Source: Candidatus Marinacidobacterales bacterium (GTDB taxonomy: Bacteria > Acidobacteriota > Vicinamibacteria > Marinacidobacterales > DATDRI01). From it: 64,000 bases of DNA. The DNA lies in the NCBI GenBank assembly GCA_965219415.1, contig CBDCNP010000002.1:2144001-2208000 (forward strand), written 5' to 3'. The translations under genes and the position numbers were made by a program. Positions 29,799-38,586 of this stretch are shown here, piece after piece; the stretch's first letter is position 1; each line of letters opens with the position of its first letter. The notes beneath the pieces are model-generated. The model had not been told where the DNA came from, did no database searches, and saw only the letters and a program-made list of their open reading frames with translations.

Positions 29799-31790
29799 TT
29801 AGGATGGAGTAACTTGGAAGATCGTCGCGCCGGCGTTGGAATAGACCTCGTGAAAGAGCTCGGGGGCCTCCCAGAGTTTTCGGACCAGCTCACCCCGCAC
29901 CGCGACTTCGCGCGTGCCGATGACCAGATAGTCGATTCCCGCCTCCATCGCCAGCTGGTGAGCTCTCACCGGATCGCGCGACACAAAAATGGGTCGCAGC
30001 TGCCGTTCTCTCTTTCGATATTTGCGATTGTCGAGCAGGAAGATGGGGAACCCGACCGCCATCCGCCTCTCGGCAAGGGCGGGTATCAGTGCCCATTCCC
30101 CGGGCTCGCGCGCGCGTACGTCCCACTGAACCACGGCCTGCAAAGGAGTATTGGACCGGATCCACCGAAGAGCTTGGTAATCCGAGCGATCGACGACGGT
30201 CGTCCAACGGAACGTGCCGCGCGAGAAGTCACGATTCGTCACGTCCTGGGCGTTATAGATGTCGAGCACCGCGGTGAGCAACGCCGGTACCAGAATGACC
30301 GCCAGTGCCCAACGCCTGCGATTTCCGAGGGTGAACGCTGCCATCAGGAAGAGTGCAACGAGGAGAATGCTGCCGGCCCGCCAAGCCATCCAAACGCCAG
30401 GGTAACTCCCGATATCCATAAAGAGAATGGCCATCAACGCCATTCCCGCCAGCGCGATGATCGGTCGCGCGTAGCGCTCGGTGAGAGCGGGAAGAGCGAG
30501 TAGGAAAAGCGGCCCCGCTTCGAGTAGCAAGAGCACCGGCATCTCGGCAGGGCTAGGCACGCGGGGAACCAAGGCTCCGCCTGCTTCTTCGAAGAAACCG
30601 AGCACGAAATACCATCCGAGAAAAGCGAGCGCCGTCGTTCCCATGACGAAGAGGTCGCGCAATAAATAACTCTTCTGACCTCGTTCCATGGTGCGGCTCA
30701 TGACCAACCACGGGCCCGCGATCATGGCGGTCACGATACTGGTGCCGGCCATGCCGCCGAGAACGACTCCCGCGAGAACCGAGCTCGCGACCCCTCGTGG
30801 TTCGCCTCGATAGAGAAGAAGAACCAAGATCAAGAGGAGGCTGTAGGAATAAAGATGTTGGGGTGTATAGAGAAGGGAACGATGGAGACCATCGAGGGAA
30901 GTAAGCTCGAAGAACCAACGCGAAAAGGCATCCAGGTTCACATCGCGAAAACTTCCCAAAGGCTCGCCGATCCACGCCGCCCGAACCAGAACCGCCAAGC
31001 CCTCGTAGCTAGCAGCCGCCAGCCCGATGACCACCGCGGCGAAGGCGTAACCCGGGCCCCGGGCGAACCGGCAGGCGGCGGCAAAGGCGAGCGTTACGAA
31101 GAGCAAGCCGCTCCCCAGGTTTGTCAAGATGAGCGCAGGTTGGTTGCCGATCCAATCTCCGACCAGAGCGGGGAAGAGAAAGAAAAGCCATTGGTAGCCG
31201 AGCGAGCGACCGGCGTAGAACGGATTCTGGGGCGGGAAATCCCCTTTCTGAATCTCCCCTAAGATCGAGAGGTGGGTCATGAGGTCGGCACTGAAGTAGG
31301 ACCGATAAGCGAAACCTTCTACCGTTTCTTGCCCAATTCGCAGGTAAGGCAGCGCTACCAAACTCATCGCGACGGCTAGAGTCGCCACTAGCCAGAAGCG
31401 TTCTTCCTGGCTGTCTTGCCGGAAGCTGACCTGGGATCGACGGGCGGCATAGACGATCACCGCAGTGACGGCGACGAGCACGAAGCCGAGTTTGACCGGC
31501 GTCAGAACGCCGAGACGATAGAGGAAACTGGCTGTAATCGTGCTGAGAAAATATCCGATGGCAATGCCGGTGGCGTGCCGTTCGAAACCTGAGAACCACC
31601 GCCCTGCCAGCGCCCAACCAGGCGCGGCGAACAATGCGAGTGCCGCGGCGAAGGCGAGTATCCGGGCGAACGATCCGGAAACCACGGTCGCCAACACGAC
31701 TGCCGCCGTCCCGACGACGGCGATGCAAGCCAGGCTGGAATACCGCCAGCCGCTGCTTGCTATTTCGTGGCCCGTATCATGATGTGCCAT
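29799..31790 (-). CDS. Polytopic membrane protein, possible GT-C glycosyltransferase
   Basis: Many TM helices; PPQNPFYAG-x-LGYQW loop; C-terminal ALRWIRSNT domain. Confidence 0.55.
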   Translation of the reverse strand: MAHHDTGHEIASSGWRYSSLACIAVVGTAAVVLATVVSGSFARILAFAAALALFAAPGWALAGRWFSGFERHATGIAIGYFLSTITASFLYRLGVLTPVKLGFVLVAVTAVIVYAARRSQVSFRQDSQEERFWLVATLAVAMSLVALPYLRIGQETVEGFAYRSYFSADLMTHLSILGEIQKGDFPPQNPFYAGRSLGYQWLFFLFPALVGDWIGNQPALILTNLGSGLLFVTLAFAAACRFARGPGYAFAAVVIGLAAASYEGLAVLVRAAWIGEPLGSFRDVNLDAFSRWFFELTSLDGLHRSLLYTPQHLYSYSLLLILVLLLYRGEPRGVASSVLAGVVLGGMAGTSIVTAMIAGPWLVMSRTMERGQKSYLLRDLFVMGTTALAFLGWYFVLGFFEEAGGALVPRVPSPAEMPVLLLLEAGPLFLLALPALTERYARPIIALAGMALMAILFMDIGSYPGVWMAWRAGSILLVALFLMAAFTLGNRRRWALAVILVPALLTAVLDIYNAQDVTNRDFSRGTFRWTTVVDRSDYQALRWIRSNTPLQAVVQWDVRAREPGEWALIPALAERRMAVGFPIFLLDNRKYRKRERQLRPIFVSRDPVRAHQLAMEAGIDYLVIGTREVAVRGELVRKLWEAPELFHEVYSNAGATIFQVTPS

Positions 31791-32533
31791 CCCAAGGGTC
31801 GCCTGATCCGATCGGGAAGTAGCTCGAAGAAAGGAACGAGAAGGTTGTTGTTGAGCTTGGCAAAAAGATTGTCGAACTTGACGGTGCGTTTCGGGAATCG
31901 GTCGACATGGATTTGGACGTCTCGAAATCTGTGAAACATCTTGCGACACTCGCCGGTCGAGTAGCGCCTAATGATGGGGGCGTCCTTCTTCGCATGCTCG
32001 ATGTTGGTACCGGAAAGCACTGCCGCCAGGTTGAACCACGAATGGCGGTTGTAGAGCATGATTATGGCTTCCCCGCCGGTCCGAAGCACGCGATAGACTT
32101 GATCGATCGACTTCTCAGTGTCGACCGTATGGTGAAGCACGCCGTGTGAGTAGACGACGTCGAAGGACCCATCGGGAAAGTCGAGAGACTCTGCGTTACC
32201 GACGCGGAGGTCGCCTTGGTACCCTTCGCGTGCCAGGTTCGCGGTGGCCAGCTGGATCCCGTTTGGGGTGAGATCGACCGCGCTCACGTCCGACCCGGAA
32301 CGGGCGAATTGCAGAAGGTCGATTCCAACACCGCATCCTATCTCGAGAATTTTTTTTCCCTTGTATTTCGAGAACCCGACGTAGTCTCGCAGATAGTCGA
32401 TCTTTTCGTAACGATAGCGCTCGAGGGCGTCGAAGAACTCTGGAGATCCGACCGGGAGATCGGTGACCTCGATGTCGTTGACGAACTCGTTCCAATACGC
32501 CCGAACGTCCTCGAGCGTGGTCGCATCAGTCAT
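31760..32533 (-). CDS. Class I SAM-dependent methyltransferase
   Basis: LEIGCGVG, FDVVYSHGVLHH; upstream TTGACG-17-TAGACT promoter. Confidence 0.88.
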   Translation of the reverse strand: MTDATTLEDVRAYWNEFVNDIEVTDLPVGSPEFFDALERYRYEKIDYLRDYVGFSKYKGKKILEIGCGVGIDLLQFARSGSDVSAVDLTPNGIQLATANLAREGYQGDLRVGNAESLDFPDGSFDVVYSHGVLHHTVDTEKSIDQVYRVLRTGGEAIIMLYNRHSWFNLAAVLSGTNIEHAKKDAPIIRRYSTGECRKMFHRFRDVQIHVDRFPKRTVKFDNLFAKLNNNLLVPFFELLPDRIRRPLGWHIMIRATK

Positions 32534-32734
32534 GGAGAGGCGGGAGTCTACCAAGGGGGCCCCGAACCGTCAAGCTCCGTTAAGTTTCGTCGAGTGATGG
32601 CTTCCGCTCATACTCTTCCTTGATCTCAGAACCTCGTCACCTTATGATGTAAGGACCCGATCACAAATTCAAAAAGAAAGATTTAATTACCTCGATATGA
32701 AGCGTGCACTCAACCCTGGCCATCGTGTATCTGT

Positions 32735-33715
32735 ATGCCCGATCCCGAGTCCTCCGATTTCCTAGAAGAGTTCGCTCGCGACGTCCGGGAGGGCTTGCGC
32801 AGCGAGCCGAAGTTTCTCCTCGCCAAGTACTTCTACGATGAGGCCGGCTCCAAGATATTCGAGCAAATCACCGATCTTCCGGAATACTATCCGACCCGGA
32901 CCGAGGCTTCCATACTACGCGAGAACGCTTCGGAGATTCGGGACGCATTGGAAAGCGACATCAGCCTCGTGGAGTTGGGTAGTGGGAGCTCGACGAAGAC
33001 CACTATCCTTCTCGAGAACATCATGGAGGCACAGAAAGAGCTCCATTACCTTCCTATTGACATCTCGCCGACGATTCTCGACCAAACGGCCCGCAAATTG
33101 GACGCTCTTTACCCCGGCCTGACAACGATTCCCATAGCTTCCGAATACGGAGACGGGTTGCGACGGGCCACACGCATCGCGGTGGAGGAACCCGAGGTCG
33201 CGGATAGGAAGCTGGTACTCTTTTTGGGCTCGAGTATCGGGAATTTCGAGCCCCGGGACGCGGGGGCCCTGCTCGACACGGTGCGCGACGGGATGGAGTC
33301 CAACGATGCGCTCCTCATCGGGTTCGACCTCCAGAAGGACAAGAAGGTCTTGGAAGCCGCCTATGATGATGCGGCCGGCGTGACTGCTCGTTTCAACCTC
33401 AACATCCTGACCCGCATCAATCGAGAACTGGGTGGAGAATTCGATCCGGAGACGTTCCGTCATCGAGCCGTCTATAGCGCGGAGGTCGGACGAATCGAGT
33501 TGCATTTGGTGTCTCAGAAGAGCCAGGAAGTACGTATTGAGCAGATAAAGGAGACCGTCCGCTTGGAGAAGGACGAATATATCCACACCGAGAGCTCCTA
33601 CAAGTACACGAGACCCCTCATCGAATGGATCGCCCATGCCGCCCGCTTCAAAGTGGGCAAAGTGTTCACCGACGACAACAACTGGTTCGCGGTGGCTCTT
33701 TTCTTCCCCACCTAG
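32735..33715 (+). CDS. egtD: L-histidine N-alpha-methyltransferase
   Basis: KYFYDEAGS, LPEYYPTRTE, ELGSGSSTKT, FLGSSIGNF, AYDDAAGVTARFNLN, TESSYKY. Confidence 0.9.
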   Translation: MPDPESSDFLEEFARDVREGLRSEPKFLLAKYFYDEAGSKIFEQITDLPEYYPTRTEASILRENASEIRDALESDISLVELGSGSSTKTTILLENIMEAQKELHYLPIDISPTILDQTARKLDALYPGLTTIPIASEYGDGLRRATRIAVEEPEVADRKLVLFLGSSIGNFEPRDAGALLDTVRDGMESNDALLIGFDLQKDKKVLEAAYDDAAGVTARFNLNILTRINRELGGEFDPETFRHRAVYSAEVGRIELHLVSQKSQEVRIEQIKETVRLEKDEYIHTESSYKYTRPLIEWIAHAARFKVGKVFTDDNNWFAVALFFPT

Positions 33716-33770
33716 CGCCGCGCGGCCTGCCAGTTTGTCGGCCCGGTCCAGTCCGCATATGATCCCTAGG

Positions 33771-35600
33771 ATGTTTCAGCGTCGTCATGCCCTAGGGGTA
33801 CTCTTCACCATCGGAATCGTTTTGCTGGGGTTTTCCCTGTCCGTAGACTACCCCCGGCAGGCGGGGGCGATGTGGAGTGACGAGGCCACCTATTACACCA
33901 TGGCTCACAGCCTCGCCTACGATGGCGATCTCCGCTTCACCCGCAAGGACCTGGAGCGGGTGTATCGCGAGTTTCGCGGAGGACCTTCCGGAATTTTCCT
34001 GAAGCGGGGACGGGAAGGCTCTCTGACCTTTGGAAGCCCATTCCCCATGGTCATCCGGGACGGCGAAGTGACCGAGGAGATCTACTTCGCCAAATCATTC
34101 CTGTACTCGCTGGCGGCCGCGCCCTGGGTGCGGTTGTTCGGAACCCACGGCATGCTCGTCCTACACACGCTCGCGGTGATGGCTGTACTAGTCTGCGGAT
34201 ACTTCTTTCTTGCAGCGACGAGCTCACCCGGGGCTTCTCTCGCATACACGCTAACATTTCTCTTCGCCTCGGTGGTGCCGGCTTACTTCGTGTGGTTGAC
34301 ACCTGAGATCTTCAACTTGAGCCTCGTATTCCTGGGGGCCTTCTTCTGGCTGTACAAGGAAAGAGCACCCGCGCCACCGAGATTGCTGAGAGGACTCACT
34401 TCGGATCTCATTGCGGCGGCCATTCTAGGAGCGGTAACCTATTCGAAGCCTTCGAACGTCTTCGTGATCCTCCCGGTGCTCGCTCTTCTCGCGATCCGGC
34501 GACAATGGAAGCGTGGTTTTGTCACCGGGGCAGTCTTTGGAATCGTTCTGAGCGGATTCTTTCTCGCAAACCTCGCGGTGACCGGGGAGATGAACTACCA
34601 GGGCGGCGACAGGAAGACCTTCTATGGACGCTATCCCTTTCAGCGCCCAGACCTCAATTTCGAGAACACCGGTCTCGCCAAAGTCACCGCCGAGATCTAC
34701 ACCCAACAGCCATGGGACATCGTGGTTCACGATCTATATTTCTTCCACATCGGGCGATTTTCCGGCATCGCAATCTACTTCTTCCCTGCGGTCGTAGCGG
34801 TAGCACTCTTCGCCTTCGGTCCGAAGAAAAGTTGGCAATGGATGGTTCTCGCGCTGGCCACCTTCGACTGTTTGCTCCTCATCGTCTGGATGCCGGTCAA
34901 CTACTTTGGGGGAGGTGGTACGCTTGGAAACCGCTACTTCTTGAACATTTACCCTCTTTATTTTTTTCTGACTCCGACACTCCTGCGACCTCTACTCGCC
35001 ATTCTTCCTTCATGGATCATGGCGGGCGCCTTTTTGACGTCGATTCTGATCAATCCCTTCGCCGCGGCCCGCCGCCCCGGCCAGCACGCGACCACTGGTC
35101 TCTTCAAATGGCTGCCGGTCGAGCTTTCTCTCATCAACGATCTGCCCACCAATATCGATCCCGCAAAATTTCGGCAACGGTTCGAAGACGGGTACCTGGG
35201 GTACTTCCTGGATAACAACACGTGGGGGCGAGAACGGTACCGCGGAGTGGGCTTCTGGGTCCGGGGCGGAACGAAAGCAGAAATGGTCGTGCGTACTCGT
35301 TTCCCGCTCGACCAGCTCACCGTTCGCGTGTTGAACGTGAGCGTTCCCAATCGAATCAAGGTCTGCGTTCCCGGCGGGTGTGACACGTCGGACTACCAGC
35401 CTGGCGAGAAGAAAATTCTGGAGCTACCCGCCGGCCGCGGTTTCCCCTACGAGGATTTCGGGGCGCGCAGCTATTGCTATTTGGTGACGATTTCTCCAGA
35501 GCAAGGAGATGTTCCCATGTTGGCAAGGCGAGGAGAGAGTGACAGCCGTTTCTTAGGTGCCTTCGTTCACATCGAACCGGATCCGTACCCGGGAATCTAG
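33771..35600 (+). CDS. Polytopic membrane protein, GT-C/PMT-like
   Basis: SDEATYY acidic motif after TM1; GGGTLGNRYF; many TM helices. Confidence 0.6.
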   Translation: MFQRRHALGVLFTIGIVLLGFSLSVDYPRQAGAMWSDEATYYTMAHSLAYDGDLRFTRKDLERVYREFRGGPSGIFLKRGREGSLTFGSPFPMVIRDGEVTEEIYFAKSFLYSLAAAPWVRLFGTHGMLVLHTLAVMAVLVCGYFFLAATSSPGASLAYTLTFLFASVVPAYFVWLTPEIFNLSLVFLGAFFWLYKERAPAPPRLLRGLTSDLIAAAILGAVTYSKPSNVFVILPVLALLAIRRQWKRGFVTGAVFGIVLSGFFLANLAVTGEMNYQGGDRKTFYGRYPFQRPDLNFENTGLAKVTAEIYTQQPWDIVVHDLYFFHIGRFSGIAIYFFPAVVAVALFAFGPKKSWQWMVLALATFDCLLLIVWMPVNYFGGGGTLGNRYFLNIYPLYFFLTPTLLRPLLAILPSWIMAGAFLTSILINPFAAARRPGQHATTGLFKWLPVELSLINDLPTNIDPAKFRQRFEDGYLGYFLDNNTWGRERYRGVGFWVRGGTKAEMVVRTRFPLDQLTVRVLNVSVPNRIKVCVPGGCDTSDYQPGEKKILELPAGRGFPYEDFGARSYCYLVTISPEQGDVPMLARRGESDSRFLGAFVHIEPDPYPGI

Positions 35601-35601
35601 A

Positions 35602-37299
35602 TCATTGAGCCAATAAAATTCGAGCCACCACCCCCTGCCCTTGCTTGACTACATGAAGGATGCCGGCCTCCATAGGTCCTAGTTGCTCGGAAGCCCCTCC
35701 TGGCCAACGGATGCTAGCTGCCTTGGCTCGACCAACCTCTCCTAAACCAAAGTGCAACCGAGGATCATTCGATCCCATGTAGCCATCCGAGAAACGAACC
35801 TCCCGATGTTGCGTCGCGTCTCCGACCTGCAGAGCGACGCGGGCCCCTAAGGCGTCTCGATTGGCGGGGGTGCCGATCAACAAGAGCTTGAGGGCGTTCG
35901 CTTCGCTCGAACCTTCGTGACGCAAGAGACTCGGTCGGTCATCGATTTCATTGATGAAGATGTCGAGCCTTCCGTCGTTGTCGAAATCCCCTAGCGCCGT
36001 CCCCCGACTACTTTTCCTGACCTCGAATCCGGGACCGAGATCCTCGAGCTCTCGCCACTTCGTTTGTCCCGCCTCATCAACCTGATTCTCGAATACCTGA
36101 TTGCGTTGCGCGTAGGATTCGCCCATGGCCTCGGCCTGCGGGTAAACATGGCCGCTCGCCACGAACAGATCCTCGTCCCCGTCGTTGTCGAGATCGGCGA
36201 AATGGGTTCCCCAGGACAGGTAACTAAGGCTGGGCGCGCCCAAGCCGACTCGCTCGGTGACCTCTTCGTACTCTCCTCCGCCCACGTTGAGATAGAAAGT
36301 GTTGGTATCGTTTTGGAAGTTGGTGACGAAGAGATCGAAGTCACCATCGCCGTCGGGATCTCCGGCGCTGACTCCCATTCCCGACTGCTCGAACCCTTTG
36401 CCGCTGTAGCCGGCTCCGGAAAGAAGCGAGTCGTCCAGGAATTCAAGGTTGCCGCTGTTCCGAAAGAAGAGGTTGATGGTGGAATCGCAAGCCGCGTAGA
36501 TATCGGGGAGACCATCGTTGCTTAGATCTGCGATCAACAACCCTAAGGTTTTCGCTTCCGTAGAGAGAATGCCCGACTCGCGGGTCCGGTCCTCGAACCT
36601 TGTGTCGCCACGATTCCAAAAGAGCGCGTTGGAATCTCCCGGTAAGCCGTCGGGACCGCAGTAGACTTCGAAACCGCGGTAGTAGCATTCCCCGTCTCCA
36701 ATCCGAGCGACCGTTTCTCGTTCGAAGCGAAGATAAGTGCCTACAACCAGATCGATGTAGCCATCACCATCCAGGTCCCCGAAAGCTGCGCTAGCGCTCG
36801 GTCGGGGATCGGAGAGTCCTGCGGCCTGCGTGCGCTCGACGAACGTTCCGTCGCCACGATTGAGGTAGAAGGCGTTCTCCCCGAAGTTGGTGATGTAGAG
36901 ATCCGGGTCACCATCGTTATCGACATCACCCACTGCACAACCACCGCCCCATCCTCGATCCCGTATGCCGGCCCGGGTGGTGACATCCTCGAAGGCCGCC
37001 CCGCTTCGATTTCGGTACAGCGCGTCGTGCGGTGCGCCGACCGCGTCCGCTGCCTGCTCGAGAGTCGCACCATTGACGACATAGAGATCCAGGAAACCAT
37101 CCCCGTCGTAGTCGAAGAAACACGCACCGGATCCCGTGCTTTCGACGATGTACGTTTTCTCTGCAGTTCCGGAGACGTTCTCGATCCGAATTCCCATGGC
37201 TTCCGCCACTTCTCGGAACTGAATGCGCCGGGGTGGGGAGGCATTCCCGATCGAGTGGGTGCAAAGGAGACAGGCCGCGGCAAGAATCCGGCGTCGCAT
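35602..37299 (-). CDS. CRTAC1/ASPIC-UnbV FG-GAP repeat protein
   Basis: Repeated DxDxDGxxD motifs; SGMG; RLHFGLG. Confidence 0.9.
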   Translation of the reverse strand: MRRRILAAACLLCTHSIGNASPPRRIQFREVAEAMGIRIENVSGTAEKTYIVESTGSGACFFDYDGDGFLDLYVVNGATLEQAADAVGAPHDALYRNRSGAAFEDVTTRAGIRDRGWGGGCAVGDVDNDGDPDLYITNFGENAFYLNRGDGTFVERTQAAGLSDPRPSASAAFGDLDGDGYIDLVVGTYLRFERETVARIGDGECYYRGFEVYCGPDGLPGDSNALFWNRGDTRFEDRTRESGILSTEAKTLGLLIADLSNDGLPDIYAACDSTINLFFRNSGNLEFLDDSLLSGAGYSGKGFEQSGMGVSAGDPDGDGDFDLFVTNFQNDTNTFYLNVGGGEYEEVTERVGLGAPSLSYLSWGTHFADLDNDGDEDLFVASGHVYPQAEAMGESYAQRNQVFENQVDEAGQTKWRELEDLGPGFEVRKSSRGTALGDFDNDGRLDIFINEIDDRPSLLRHEGSSEANALKLLLIGTPANRDALGARVALQVGDATQHREVRFSDGYMGSNDPRLHFGLGEVGRAKAASIRWPGGASEQLGPMEAGILHVVKQGQGVVARILLAQ

Positions 37300-37360
37300 C
37301 CCGCCGATTATCGCACAGCGACTAGCCCTTCGGCCCCGAGCTATGCGTAGTCGGCCTGCC

Positions 37361-37405
37361 GGCCGCCAAATTACGTGGTTGCCTTGACCGGAGCTAGCCA
37401 GGCGG
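37361..37405 (+). repeat. Fifth copy of the 44-bp dispersed repeat
   Basis: GGCCGCCAAATTACGTGGTTGCCTTGACCGGAGCTAGCCAGGCGG; GGTGGGGCCCCGCG near 37507 also follows the 23933 copy. Confidence 0.8.
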
Positions 37406-37572
37406 CGGTGGAGCCCTCAGCCGCGAAGTCGGCGCAGCGGCGAGCGCTCGAACGCAGCCCTGAGCCCATGCGTAGTCGCGTAGTCGACGAAGCATGAATG
37501 CGTGGGGGTGGGGCCCCGCGCCATTTATTGAAGAGTGAGGCCCCGACTGATTGAAGCCGGTCGAGCGGGAAC

Positions 37573-38175
37573 CTAAAGTACCAGGGATTCACGCTCGAGA
37601 AAGTAAGGAGCGATAGTGCTTGCATCCAATCCCGAGAGATGCCGTTCAAGAGTCTCAATGACGATCGAGTCCAACTGGCTACGAACGAGGCCGTCCGGGT
37701 CGTGTTCTCCCAAAAGCATGCCCATCCCTTGGGGAAGACTAGTGACACCTGAGCGGTCGGTAGTCCAAACGACTTTTCCCTTGGCCTCAAACAGCGAAGC
37801 GTTATTGGGATTGGCGAGGAACAAAACCAGCGTTGCCTCGATAGGAAGGGCCCTTTCCGCCGCGAGGAACACTCCACCGCGGCTCAAGTTCAAGACTTGC
37901 CCCGAGAGAAACTCCTCTCCACACTGGATGACGATGGACAGATCGGTAGGCACTCGGAGGCGCTGCCGATCCTTCACGCGCCGGCGGATGTCTTCCACCG
38001 AAAAGTGATGGGTCACTGGGCGACGGGGGATTCCGTTATAGGCGGTGAGGAGCTCGTAAAAGCCCTTCAACTCCAACCAGCGCCGCTCCGCGTCCTGCGA
38101 CAGCTCTCCCCCTCGATGAACCTTTTGGTCGTTAAGGGCGGCGAACTCACCAACCAGATCCAGGACTGTTTTCAT
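37573..38175 (-). CDS. PilZ-domain protein
   Basis: RQRLR (RxxxR) and NLSRGG motifs; GKVVW...GMG. Confidence 0.8.
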   Translation of the reverse strand: MKTVLDLVGEFAALNDQKVHRGGELSQDAERRWLELKGFYELLTAYNGIPRRPVTHHFSVEDIRRRVKDRQRLRVPTDLSIVIQCGEEFLSGQVLNLSRGGVFLAAERALPIEATLVLFLANPNNASLFEAKGKVVWTTDRSGVTSLPQGMGMLLGEHDPDGLVRSQLDSIVIETLERHLSGLDASTIAPYFLERESLVL

Positions 38176-38586
38176 ACTTGCTCCCTTGAATCTCTGGGCG
38201 AGGCGGCCATGCCGGGGAGAGGCGTGCCTTGCCTGCTGTTGCCATTAGGCCGAGCGGGGTGGGAGCCCAGTGTCCATCAATAAGTTTTCGTTTTGATAGG
38301 TCCTATTCTCCCTCAAAAACCCATTTTGTTCAGTGATAGCGATCGCTGGGATTTCACCGGTGGGTCGGAGTGCCGTCCGGGACTCCTGAGTCTTCGAACC
38401 GCGGGCCTCGAACCTTCCTGTAAACCGTTACCATACAACAGCTTAGGTCACAAACTGGGGCGATTCGAAGATCTTCCATGAGTTGGGCCGAAGCCGCGGC
38501 GACGTGAGGTCCTTCCCCTACAAATGTAGGTGCGCCAACCCGTGTGGCGGTGGCGAGCCCCCCCCGCCCGGTATTACTAAGGGCAC

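Noticed and set aside
38340-38470. tRNA or c-di-GMP riboswitch upstream of the PilZ gene
   Set aside because: GGTTCGA-like words occur, but no cloverleaf or GEMM consensus could be built
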